Source: Octopus vulgaris
Taxonomy: Eukaryota
Reading direction: 5' to 3'
Assembly (NCBI GenBank): GCA_951406725.2
Contig: OX597842.1
Coordinates: forward strand, 18,724,001 to 18,788,000
DNA length: 64,000 bases
The notes under the pieces are model-generated. The model was not told where the DNA came from. It worked only from the letters and a program-made list of their open reading frames with translations, and made no database searches. Position numbers and translations under genes: made by a program. Positions 27,095-38,847 of this stretch are shown one piece after another; the first letter of the stretch is position 1; each line of letters opens with the position of its first letter.

Positions 27095-27236
27095 GCAATG
27101 GCTGCTGTGTTACACTACTTCCTTCTGACATCTCTCATGGGGATGACTGTAGAAGCAATTCATATTTATCGAGGCCTGTTTGTATTCAAAACCATTCGGT
27201 CATCTTTTATCAAGAGGATTTTAATTTTGGCCTGGG
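27095..27236 (+). CDS. Adhesion GPCR exon (TM3, ICL2, start of TM4)
   Basis: ttgtag acceptor, TGGG|gtatgt donor; AMAAVLHYFLLTSLMGMTVEAIHIYRGLFVF...ILAWG; phase 0->1. Confidence 0.93.
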
Positions 27237-28301
27237 GTATGTATAATGGTTTTATCTCACTTTATCGCTAATTTCATCTCTCTCTTTCTTTCTCTCAATC
27301 TCTTTCTTTCTCTCACTCTCTCTCCCTCTCTCTATCACACGCTCACACACGTATTCTCTCTCTCTCTCTATCACACGCACACACACGTATTCTCTCTCTC
27401 TTTTTCTTTCTCTCTCTCTCTCTCTCTTTCTTTTCTCTCTCTCTCTCTCTCTCTCTTTATCACACGCACACACACGCATTCTCTCTCTTTCTCTGTCTAT
27501 CTATCTAGTTGTCTAGCCATCTATCTATCCCGTAAATATATTCTCTGTGTAAAAGTTTTATAGATGTGAATTTGTTGATGCGGAAAATACTCACTTATTG
27601 ATTTTATTGAAGCAAAAATGAAAGAAAGAATTGACTTTCATGGGATTTTAATTCTGAGTACTAAACGAAACACTTTACATCATGTCTTTTGGGATTCTTT
27701 AAGTGAGAAAGGTAATGTGGTAAACGGTCATGGTATCGGCTTGAATAAATTAGTAACGTTGGAGAGATATGAAAATAATTCAAGCAAGATGTAAATATGG
27801 TGACGCAAAAGTGCATGGAAAAGCACATCGAAACATACGTAGGAAACGAAAATTACAAAGGAATAAATTTACTAGTTAAGTCATTCGAGCAGCCTCAGGT
27901 TACAATTTCATTCACACAGTTTCGCTTCGACTTCGTCTCTAAGACTTACTCATTTTGCACTTTCACCTAATGCACCGAGAAATTTGTGAAGAAGTTAGTG
28001 TGAGTGAATTGTTGTTGTCTTCCATATAGCTTAGTCTTTACACCATTATCCAGTGTTTTTTACTCGTTGTTTGCCACTGAAATAGAGTTGATAGAATCGA
28101 AGTTATCTGTCAGTCGTACCTATTCTAGAAGCAAAATGATCAAGTGTCTAGGAGTGACCTGTGTGAGATACGAAATATATTACTAATTTCTTTTGGACAA
28201 AGCATAATCGACTACATTTATTCAAATGTCATGTATTTATTATTAAATATTTTCATTAATATCAACAAATATTTATTCATTTCTGTAAATGTTGTTGACA
28301 G

Positions 28302-28377
28302 GTATTCCAGCTGGCATTGTCGTAACTACTCTGGCAATTAACAACACAGACAATTACATTAGAATTGAATCAGAAAT
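28302..28377 (+). CDS. Adhesion GPCR exon (TM4, ECL2)
   Basis: gacag acceptor, AT|gtaagt donor; GIPAGIVVTTLAINNTDNYIRIESEI; phase 1->2. Confidence 0.9.
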
Positions 28378-28788
28378 GTAAGTATGTATGTGTTTTATTG
28401 CCCTAATATTCTGTGATTTTTCACAATCAAGATTGCTAGTCTTATTTACGCGTTGAATATTGTAGAATAATGAAGAAACCACCGCCAGGATAAAGCCATG
28501 TCATAGATTCTTGGTAGTCATACACTGATAATAGTTCCTTTCGTTTTCTAAATATCTGTGATCTCATCCGTCCCTCCGTTCAATTCAATAAGAATAAATA
28601 TCTATTGATACATAACTTTAAAAATCTGGATGAATGTAACGTACACAAATAAACTAATCAACGTATATTTTTTTCAAATTAATAATTAAATAATATAGAA
28701 CCTATTGTACTATTAAGCTATTAAGTTGTTTTTTTTTATGCTAATATTAGAAACTCTTGAATTATACCATAACGTTCGAGAAGTTTCG

Positions 28789-29388
28789 TATTTCTTTATT
28801 GCCCACAAGGGGCTAAACATAGCGGGGGCAAACAAGGACAGACAAAGGGATTAAGTCGATTACATCGACCCCAGTGCATAATTGGTACTTAATTTATCGA
28901 CCCCGAAAGGATGAAAGGCAAAGTCGACCTCGGCGGAATTTGAACTCAGAACGTAGCGGCAGACGAAATACCTATTTCTATTTCTTTACTACCCACAAGG
29001 GGCTAAACACAGAGAGGACAAACGAGAACAGACAAACGGATTAAGTCGATTATAAAGTTAATCCAAACAAGAAAGCACGAAAAAACACAACAACGCGAGG
29101 ACGTGGAACAAATATAGTATTATTGGACGCTCAGGAAAGAAGGAAAGAAGGAGGGTTTAACGTTTCGAGCGGAGCTCTTTGTCGGAAACATAGGAGAAGG
29201 AAAGATCCAGAGAAGGGAAGACAGAGGAAAAAAAATCGCCAACGGTACACACATTATATATCGACTAGAGTGCGTAACTGTTACTTTTTTAATCGACCCC
29301 GAAAGGATGAAAGGCAAAGTCGACCTCGGCGGAATTTGAACTCAGACGAAATACCTATCTCTTAACTACTCACAAGGGGCCAAACACA
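28789..29388 (-). mobile_element. SINE multimer interrupted by a hammerhead-like insertion (~29056-29257)
   Basis: SINE body split at gtcgattata|...|tatcgac; insert carries minus-strand gttt-CCGACAA-a-gagc(tcc)gctc-GAAAC-GTT-aaac (29155-29189). Confidence 0.65.
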
Positions 29389-29645
29389 GCGACTTGAGCG
29401 ACTACACGGGACGTAAATCACCTATTTTGGCTAGACGACCCAATGAGGTTCATGTAGATATGTCAAGCTTGTTCGCCGATGTTCTCGCACCTTTCTAATC
29501 CAATTGGCGTCAGAAGGGGAGAATTCTCAGGTTTGTAAACTGGAGAGTAGTAATTCCGATAAGGATGGGATGCGTTATTGAAAATATTCGACCCATAATT
29601 CTACTAAACACAGAGTTTAACGATTGATTTTATATTTCTTTGTAG

Positions 29646-30037
29646 TTGTTGGTTATCCAGCGCATCGTTCTACGCTGCTTTCCTGGCTCCTGTGGTGATC
29701 ATTCTCCTCTTCAACCTTATCGTATTTTCTTCTGTTATGCGGCGACTGAAAGCAATGCAAAACGACGAACAAGTTGAACACAAAACACACAAAGTACGTG
29801 TTTTTGGTATCGTTGGATTGTGTTTCCTGCTTGGATTGCCCTGGATTTTAGCATTGTTCGCTTTTGGTGAAGTAGCAGAAGTGTTTAAGTATCTTTTTGC
29901 TATCTTCAATACCCTTCAAGGAATGTTTATCTTCATATGCTACTGCATATACAAAAAAGATACCAGGGATATCATCTGCCCGTATGTATGTAAACGAAAA
30001 CCACGGGCGCCGAGGGAAATTCGGAAGAATATGAAAA
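29646..30037 (+). CDS. Adhesion GPCR exon (ECL2 CW, TM5-TM7, helix 8)
   Basis: ttgtag acceptor, A|gtaagt donor; [16 protein letters not shown]...FNLIVF...LLGLPW...[15 protein letters not shown] (class B2 TM7 motif). Confidence 0.96.
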
Positions 30038-30244
30038 GTAAGTGTAATTTGGTCTCTCTTATTCTTGCCACCAACAAAAACGATATTGTCATAATGGGGA
30101 TAGTCACTAACAACACTTACACCAACACCATCGCTATGTACATCGCCACTCTTAGGATAGACATCATCATACATATCAACTTCACTGTCATCATCATCAT
30201 CATCGCAAGTATGTATTCCGTGTGTGTGTGTGTGTGTGCGCGTG

Positions 30245-30323
<79 letters not shown>

Positions 30324-30346
30324 GTGTATATATGTATGTATGTATG

Positions 30347-30394
<48 letters not shown>

Positions 30395-30495
30395 TATACA
30401 TATATATATAAATATATATGTGTGTGTGTGTGAGAGAGAGGAATTATTGAGTTTAAAACTTGATATTTAATATAGTTTTCTCATTATGTTTCCAG

Positions 30496-30548
30496 GTTCA
30501 AATTCCGAGCACGAAATAAGACGTACAGTAGCAGAAACGAACTTATGA
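30496..30548 (+). CDS. Adhesion GPCR terminal coding exon
   Basis: tttccag acceptor, phase 1 matches the previous exon; SSNSEHEIRRTVAETNL-stop; the C-terminal -ETNL resembles a class I PDZ ligand. Confidence 0.8.
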
Positions 30549-30689
30549 AGGAAAATCAAGAAAATGTGTCCAAGAGTATTCTCTGATTATATTTTACGTC
30601 AAAAAACTAAATGTTCTTATATTACAATTAAACTCCGTAAATATATTCTAGCGCAAATTTCATATTTACTATTTTTTGCTTTATGTATG

Positions 30690-30753
<64 letters not shown>

Positions 30754-31290
30754 ATAAATTAATAAATGAATAAAACATATGCATATATACATACATATAT
30801 GTACGTACTTACCTCTACATGTATATATACATGCATATATGGGTACAGGACACCAAAAAAACTTCGAACACAATGAGAAACGAAAACATAAACACAAAAC
30901 CAAGGAAATGGACATTTTTCTAAAACAACGAAAAAATAGAGTACAGGACATACAAAACAAGGAAAATTCCCCTTTTTTGTCGCCTTTGTTTCATCTACTC
31001 CTCCTTTCGAAGGTCAAGGCGATACATGACTTTAATGAAACAATCCTTCCCGCGAAAATCAAATTAAATAAAATTTGAGATTTTTTTGCGGAGGGGTAAA
31101 AATGGTAACAAAAACAGGACAGTAACGACAGTGCAAAATATAAACAGTAAAAAAAGACAGGACAAGGAGAATAACAGTAACACAAACAAGAAGGGCTGTT
31201 AAGCCGAACGAGATAAAATTTTTTCGAACGCTATTTTTTGAGAACGGCAAGAAGCAACAGAAAGTGCCGTCACTACATATATATATATAT

Positions 31291-31570
31291 AACGGGAAGC
31301 TGTATGAAAATAAACAAAAGACGAAGGCAGGTTTACGGAAATAAACAAAAGACGAAGGCAGGTGGAATACAAACAAACAATTGTATTAGTATGGCGCTCA
31401 GGAATATAAATAAAACAAGTCTTTTACGTTTCGAGCCTACGCTCTTCAACAGAAAGATACACAGAAAAGAAACACGGAGAGAAACAAGGAGAGAAAAAAA
31501 TGCGTGCAGAAGCTAGCGAATCAACATGGCGATCTGATTCCGACCAGAAGTCAAAGATCAAACGTGAGAC
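31291..31570 (-). mobile_element. Penelope-like terminal-repeat fragment with minimal hammerhead-like motif (31420-31457)
   Basis: Paralogue of 527-741; tcttt-CTGTTGA...GAAAC-GTA-aaaga. Confidence 0.6.
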
Positions 31571-32011
31571 GCATATATATATATATATATGCTCGTGTAT
31601 GTGTGTAGGCATATGTGTGCGTGTGTATATTTGTGTGTGCGTGTATATTCAAGAGTCACCTTGTATTATGTTTTCCTTCAAAAGACTAAATTTTCTTCTT
31701 ATATTGCATCAAACATACATTTACATAACGTAGCGTTATTTTTGCCTATTGATACAACGCTGCGCAACTAAGAGACTCTATAATGTAATTTTAAACCAGG
31801 CTACGTACCTGACGAGTGGCCGAAAGGCAAAGATCTGAAAATCTTCCCGCAATTTAAAATCTTTCCATATTTTCTAATTGTAAATTTCACTATTGACTTC
31901 TTTTTCAATGTAATATTTAAATTCTTCTGAATAAAGTCGTATGTTACTTATACTTTATGGAAATTCAGCTTAATCTATAATAATAATAATGATAATAATA
32001 ATAATAATAAT

Positions 32012-32067
<56 letters not shown>

Positions 32068-32068
32068 C

Positions 32069-32138
<70 letters not shown>

Positions 32139-32887
32139 GTAATAATATTAATAAAATTAGATATAATAAAAATCAGTCTTAAAATATTTATGTCTTTGGA
32201 ATAGCCAAGATATTTCGTACATTGTTATCATTATCTTTTATCGCAACTACTGACATGCTGGAGCATGCATGGAGGGAATTTCGTCAAAGGAATCGACGGC
32301 AGAAGAAAATTAGCCTGGTACTTATTCTATCGATTTATTTTCCTGAACCGCTAATTTACTTAACATAACAACACCGATTGAACATAACAACACCGATTGT
32401 GAAAGTCTGGTCGGGGGACATACACAAGCTACCCACGTACACACACACACACAGACACACACACACACACGCACACACACACACCTGTATATATATATAA
32501 TACATTAAAATCAGTTTGAATTTTGTTTGCTTGCTTGCAATGTTACCCAGCCAAACTGGTACATAATGGGAAAATACTATGAATTAAGTTTACTGTCAAT
32601 TGTCAAGACAAACGGTAGAAAACAAGCTTCGCGTAAATCAGACATGTATGTAACTTTAGAGAAATTAAAGGTTTTGGGGTACAAATACCCAAAACGGTTC
32701 ATAGTGGAAAAATATTCCGAAAATAATCTTCATTCTGAAAGGGAAGAAACTCTTATCTTTCTATTAGGTACAGTGACTTGACAACGAAAAAATATGCGTT
32801 TATACAGTGTGTTTCTATTTTCGATTTTGTTAAACACAATATTTCAAAAATTCAAGCTGTTTGTACGGTAAGTATTTATATTTTAGT

Positions 32888-33274
32888 GGAGGCGCAATGG
32901 CCCAGTGGTTAGGGCAGCGGACTTGCGGTCATAGGATCGCGGTTTCGATTCCCAGACCGGGCGTTGTGAGTGTTTATTGAGCGAAAACACCTAAAAGCTC
33001 CACGAGGCTCCGGCAGGGGATGGTGGTGATCCCTGCTGTACTCTTTCACCACAACTTTTTCTCACTCTTACTTCCTGTTTCTGTTGTACCTGTATTTCAA
33101 AGGGCCGGCCTTGTCACTCTCTGTGTCACGCTGAATATCCCCGAGAACTACGTTAAGGGTACACGTGTCTGTGGAGTGCTCAGCCACTTACACGTTAATT
33201 TCACGAGCAGACTGTTCCGTTGATTCGGATCAATCGGAATCCTCGTCGTCGTAACCGACGGATTGCTTCCATCC
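32888..33274 (+). mobile_element. tRNA(Arg)-like SINE with TSD
   Basis: TSD atttatattttag; same family as 21032. Confidence 0.85.
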
Positions 33275-33584
33275 ATTTATATTTTAGCTTTCTTTAAACA
33301 GAATATTTGAATGTTTTTAAAATCGCTATTAAGTGATCACCATTACAAAAATATTTTTCGGAATATTCAACCATGTGGTTCGCAAGCAAGCTACTTACAA
33401 CACAGCCACTCCCACGACTATGATGGTCACATTCAAAAACTAAAATCAGGATTTATGAATCAGAGACCCGCACACAATGCACAGAATAGAAGTTCGAAGT
33501 CATCCACCCGAGGTGCTTGCACAAGATTCCTGGTATCACCTGGCAAGAAAAAGTAACCAATACAAAAGTTTTGAGATAAGTTAT

Positions 33585-34208
33585 CGCTATTGCTCTCAGC
33601 TATCGTCACTATCCAGTGTTAAATTAATCGCAGAACTTGAGGCGATCCAACGAAGCTACACGAAGAAGATAGCCTCTGTGCAGCATATTAGCTACTGGGA
33701 AAGACTCAAGTGATTAAGACTCCTTTCCTTAGAGCGTAGGCGACAAAGATATGCTATAATATACATCTGGAAGATCCTAGAAGGACTTCTCCCAAACTTT
33801 GGAATCGAGAGTTTCACAAATGCTAGAACTGGGCGCCACTGCATAGTGCTAAGGACTCCAAATTTGCCATCAAGATGTAGGACAAGATACTATGATAGCC
33901 TGGGGCTTCCGAGGCCCACAGCTCTTCAATATCCTCCCGAAGAACCTGAGAGACCTGCATGGGGTGGGCGCAGATGTCTTTAAAATAAAACTGGATCTCT
34001 TCCTGTTAGGTGACCCTGATGAACCAACTTCACGGCAGGAGGTGCAGATGAGGGCAGCTGCATCGAACTCTCTCATGCACCAAATGGCAATTGCTAAAAA
34101 GCATTCGTGAAGTAAAATCATGTAGCAACACCAAATGGCGGTGCCCCAGCATGGCCACAGCTCGTGAGCTGAAACTTAGATAAAATAAAAATAAAATAAA
34201 ATAAAATA
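33585..34208 (+). mobile_element. Degenerate CR1/L2-group LINE 3' end (ORF2 C-terminus, 3' UTR, (TAAAA)n tail)
   Basis: YCSQL...LEAIQRSYTKKI...SYWERLK*LRLLSLERRR...WKILEGL...GPQLFNILPKNLRDL...FKIKLDLFL. Confidence 0.8.
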
Positions 34209-34821
34209 AGCAACAATTCCGAGTATGACAATAATTCTGTACAAAAGGAGAATGATATGGCGTGACGTACATGGATGAGAAAAACATCTTAATTAGTTGT
34301 TTTATAAGCTTGCTCACAGGAGGAGATTCAGAGGTCGACTGAAGCTGAGATTGAAGGACATAAGTAAGAGCAGCCTGAACACGTTCGACATCGAGACAAA
34401 GACAGAACAGCAAGGAAAACCTCAGTGGATAAAAGAGTCCAACAGCTCGAGAAATAAATAAAATACTGATCCTCAAAGAAAAACACAACTGAAAGAAAGA
34501 CAACACACATCAGCCCTGCATCAAACTAACTTGATTTCAGATTTTGCAGCTGTTTCCGTTAACTTACGGGTCGGACCACGTCGTTGTATTTACCCGGTGC
34601 ATATCGCCCCAGACTCCCGGCGACTGACGGGATCGGTCGCGGCTACGTCCACGTGTACGTGGGCGATACCGCGAGCTTCGATTCGTTCTTACTAGATCGG
34701 GCTCGGTAGCGCGGCGGAGCTCCGGGCGACTGGCGCAGGCCTGGCGCAACCCTGCCACTGGCGGCGTCCCCTACCTATACTAGCCGCAGTTGTCATCAAA
34801 CATAAGAAGGATGAGGCATGA

Positions 34822-35150
34822 GAGTTAAGTTAGTTTTTTGGCTCAAAAAGCAAAAAGCAAGGCCATGTAGGAAGACATGGAGTTATGTACAGGGAGAGTG
34901 TTCATGCAAAGAGTTCAGGCCATTTCTGGTCAAGGGAGACTTTGAACCGAGCGGTCGTCGGCATCTTCACTATCTCGTCCGGCAGCTTATTCCAGGGATC
35001 CGCAACCCGGACGGAGAAAGCCCCTCTCCTTCGATTGAGATGAAATCGTCGCAGATAGAGCTTTTCGGAGTGACCCCGCAGCCTACGCTCTGGAGCAGGA
35101 GGGAAGAACAGCTCTTTCGAGAGGTTACACTTCCCGCTTATGATGTTGTG
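34822..35150 (-). mobile_element. CR1-like LINE 3' end
   Basis: Minus strand FSVRVADPWNKLPDEIV...FKVSLD; (TAACT)n tail; paralogue at ~48115-48435 (+). Confidence 0.75.
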
Positions 35151-35334
35151 AGCGAGATTGAGAGAAGCTGAAGGGGGAAAACTGAGTACTTATTAAGACA
35201 CACTGCTTTGCTTAGACCCTCCCTCAAGACGTATAGAGCCATGTATAGACAGAAAGACCGAGAAGCAGGCAAGAAGTAGGCAGAGACACAGAAAGTGAGG
35301 GGCAGATAAATTGTTAGATAATTAGATAGGTAAA

Positions 35335-35373
<39 letters not shown>

Positions 35374-35436
35374 GGTGGGACAGGGATACAGAGAACGAAA
35401 GAGACAGATATATAAATTCTTAGAAGATAGATAGAC

Positions 35437-35507
35437 AGAAAGACAGACAGACAGACAGATAGATAGATAGATAGATACATACATACATACATAGTATGTA
35501 AGCATAG

Positions 35508-35540
<33 letters not shown>

Positions 35541-35744
35541 CATTCATACGTACATAGAAAGATAGATAGAAAGATGGATAGATAGATAGATAGATGGATA
35601 GATAGATAGATAGATAGATAGATCGATTGATAGATAGATAGATAGATACATACATACATACATACATTCATACGTACATAGAAATATAGATAGATGGATG
35701 GATAGATAGATAGATACATAGATAGACAGACAGATAGATAGATA

Positions 35745-35783
<39 letters not shown>

Positions 35784-35830
35784 AGAGATAGATGGATAGA
35801 TAGATAGATATATAGAGGGAGAGAGATAGA
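35437..35830. repeat. Compound (GATA)/(CATA)/(GATT) microsatellite
   Basis: Directly visible. Confidence 0.95.
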
Positions 35831-36216
35831 CAGACAGTCAAACAGAAAAAGAAAGTAAAAGAAAGAGAAATATATAAATTTGTTTTTTCTCCACCCTCCA
35901 ACCTTCGCTCCTCACTCTGCCTACCCCTGTTTGCCGGAATTTTCCTTGCAACCATCAACTTGCATTTGTCAAAGCAAGACATCTGCATCGTTGAAAATAT
36001 ACGTCACAATAACAGTGGACATTGAAACAGGTACTTAGATATGTAGCTCCCACTTAAGAAGTTCCGTTTTAAATATATATGAATAATATATGAGCGATTG
36101 TTCCGGGAATAAACTATTTGGCAAGAAGTCCTCTTGGAAAACAATAGATAAGTAGGCATCCAAAATAGAAAGACAGACAGGCATATGAATGTGTGTGAGT
36201 GTGTTTGTGTGTATAC

Positions 36217-36260
<44 letters not shown>

Positions 36261-36285
36261 ACAGACAGACAGAAAGACAGAGACA

Positions 36286-36343
<58 letters not shown>

Positions 36344-36536
36344 TTTACTCTTTTACTTGTTTCAGTCATTTGACTTCGGCCATGCTGGAGCACCGCCTTT
36401 AATCGAGCAACTCGACCCCGGGACTTATTCTTTGTAAGCCCAGTACTTTTTCTATCGGTCTCTTTTGCCGAACCGCTAAGTGACGGGGACATAAACACAC
36501 CAGCATCGGTTGTCAAGGGGGACAAACACAGACACA

Positions 36537-36580
<44 letters not shown>

Positions 36581-36582
36581 CG

Positions 36583-36643
<61 letters not shown>

Positions 36644-36764
36644 ACAATCAAGGAACGGCCATAATAGGCCATTCACCCACTAGAAATAACAGCCAAAAGC
36701 TTTAACCGCAAAATAACATTAATTCCGTAAACCAGGAGAAAATTGAAAAAACATTTACCCTGTA

Positions 36765-36871
36765 ATTTCTTAGACGATGCACCGTTTCATCTACCGTTTA
36801 ATGGTAAACTAACCTGATTAAATTAAATCAAGCCAATCCACCATAGGCCCTTAGACTCATCAGTAAGAAAT
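36765..36871 (-). ncRNA. Type I hammerhead ribozyme (inverted monomer)
   Basis: Reverse complement of the motif at 37270-37376. Confidence 0.88.
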
Positions 36872-37269
36872 AGCCAAGTCGGAACAGATATTTTTCACGA
36901 GGCATTCCTCTTGCTACCTCGGCAATATCTGACCTAAAATTTTCAAATCGTCGCACTCGCGCCAAATTTATCGGCAGCAAATAAATATAAGCCACTGATT
37001 CCATTACGGAACTAACCAGAACATTCATAATTAATCAATATAGGGTGGCAAAAAAATTTTGTAGAATTCTTTTGCCACCAGCGGCCTAGTGGGAAAAAAT
37101 TAAATAGTCATAAACCATTTTTAAGTTAGTTCCGTAATGGAATCAGTGGCTTATATTTATTTGCTGCCGATAAATTTGGCGCGAGTGCGACGATTTGAAA
37201 ATTTTAGGTCAGATATTGCCGAGGTAGCAAGAGGAATGCCTCGTGAAAAATATCTGTTCCGACTTGGCT

Positions 37270-37376
37270 ATTTCTTACTGATGAGTCTAAGGGCCTATGG
37301 TGGATTGGCTTGATTTAATTTAATCAGGTTAGTTTACCATTAAACGGTAGATGAAACGGTGCATCGTCTAAGAAAT
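37270..37376 (+). ncRNA. Type I hammerhead ribozyme, copy 1 (predicted cleavage after GUC at 37368)
   Basis: Stem I atttctta/taagaaat; core CTGATGA (37278-37284); stem II gtcta...tagat with a 19-bp inner helix; GAAA; stem III ACGG-tgca-TCGT; GTC triplet. Confidence 0.9.
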
Positions 37377-37759
37377 TACAGGGTAAATGTTTTTCAATTT
37401 TCTCCTGGTTTACGGAATTAATGTTATTTTGCGGTTAAAGCTTTTGGCTGTTATTTCTAGTGGGTGAATGGCCTATTATGGCCGTTCCTTGATTGTTGAT
37501 GTTGAACTTAAAAATGGTTTATGACTATTTAATTTTTTCCCACTAGGCCGCTGGTGGCAAAAGAATTCTACAAAATTTTTTGCCACCCTATATTGATTAA
37601 TTATGAATGTTCTGGTTAGTTCCGTAATGGAATCAGTGGCTTATATTTATTTGCTGCCGATAAATTTGGCGCGAGTGCGACGATTTGAAAATTTTAGGTC
37701 AGATATTGCCGAGGTAGCAAGAGGAATGCCTCGTGAAAAATATCTGTTCCGACTTGGCT

Positions 37760-37866
37760 ATTTCTTACTGATGAGTCTAAGGGCCTATGGTGGATTGGCT
37801 TGATTTAATTTAATCAGGTTAGTTTACCATTAAACGGTAGATGAAACGGTGCATCGTCTAAGAAAT
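37760..37866 (+). ncRNA. Type I hammerhead ribozyme, copy 2
   Basis: Same motif as copy 1. Confidence 0.9.
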
Positions 37867-38249
37867 TACAGGGTAAATGTTTTTCAATTTTCTCCTGGTT
37901 TACGGAATTAATGTTATTTTGCGGTTAAAGCTTTTGGCTGTTATTTCTAGTGGGTGAATGGCCTTTATGGCCGTTCCTTGATTGTTGATGTTGAACTTAA
38001 AAATGGTTTATGACTATTTAATTTTTTCCCACTAGGCCGCTGGTGGCAAAAGAATTCTACAAAATTTTTTTGCCACCCTATATTGATTAATTATGAATGT
38101 TCTGGTTAGTTCCGTAATGGAATCAGTGGCTTATATTTATTTGCTGCCGATAAATTTGGCGCGAGTGCGACGATTTGAAAATTTTAGGTCAGATATTGCC
38201 GAGGTAGCAAGAGGAATGCCTCGTGAAAAATATCTGTTCCGACTTGGCT

Positions 38250-38356
38250 ATTTCTTACTGATGAGTCTAAGGGCCTATGGTGGATTGGCTTGATTTAATT
38301 TAATCAGGTTAGTTTACCATTAAACGGTAGATGAAACGGTGCATCGTCTAAGAAAT
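38250..38356 (+). ncRNA. Type I hammerhead ribozyme, copy 3
   Basis: Same motif as copy 1. Confidence 0.9.
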
Positions 38357-38740
38357 TACAGGGTAAATGTTTTTCAATTTTCTCCTGGTTTACGGAATTA
38401 ATGTTATTTTGCGGTTAAAGCTTTTGGCTGTTATTTCTAGTGGGTGAATGGCCTTTTATGGCCGTTCCTTGATTGTTGATGTTGAACTTAAAAATGGTTT
38501 ATGACTATTTAATTTTTTCCCACTAGGCCGCTGGTGGCAAAAGAATTCTACAAAATTTTTTTGCCACCCTATATTGATTAATTATGAATGTTCTGGTTAG
38601 TTCCGTAATGGAATCAGTGGCTTATATTTATTTGCTGCCGATAAATTTGGCGCGAGTGCGACGATTTGAAAATTTTAGGTCAGATATTGCCGAGGTAGCA
38701 AGAGGAATGCCTCGTGAAAAATATCTGTTCCGACTTGGCT

Positions 38741-38847
38741 ATTTCTTACTGATGAGTCTAAGGGCCTATGGTGGATTGGCTTGATTTAATTTAATCAGGT
38801 TAGTTTACCATTAAACGGTAGATGAAACGGTGCATCGTCTAAGAAAT
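38741..38847 (+). ncRNA. Type I hammerhead ribozyme, copy 4
   Basis: Same motif as copy 1. Confidence 0.9.

Noticed and set aside
29692-30411. 239-aa single-exon ORF as a complete gene
   Set aside because: Only 29646-30037 is exonic; the rest reads through the gtaagt donor into intron and microsatellite.
31809-31845. CTGACGA...GAAA hammerhead-like motif
   Set aside because: No complementary stem I or stem III with a NUH triplet could be built.
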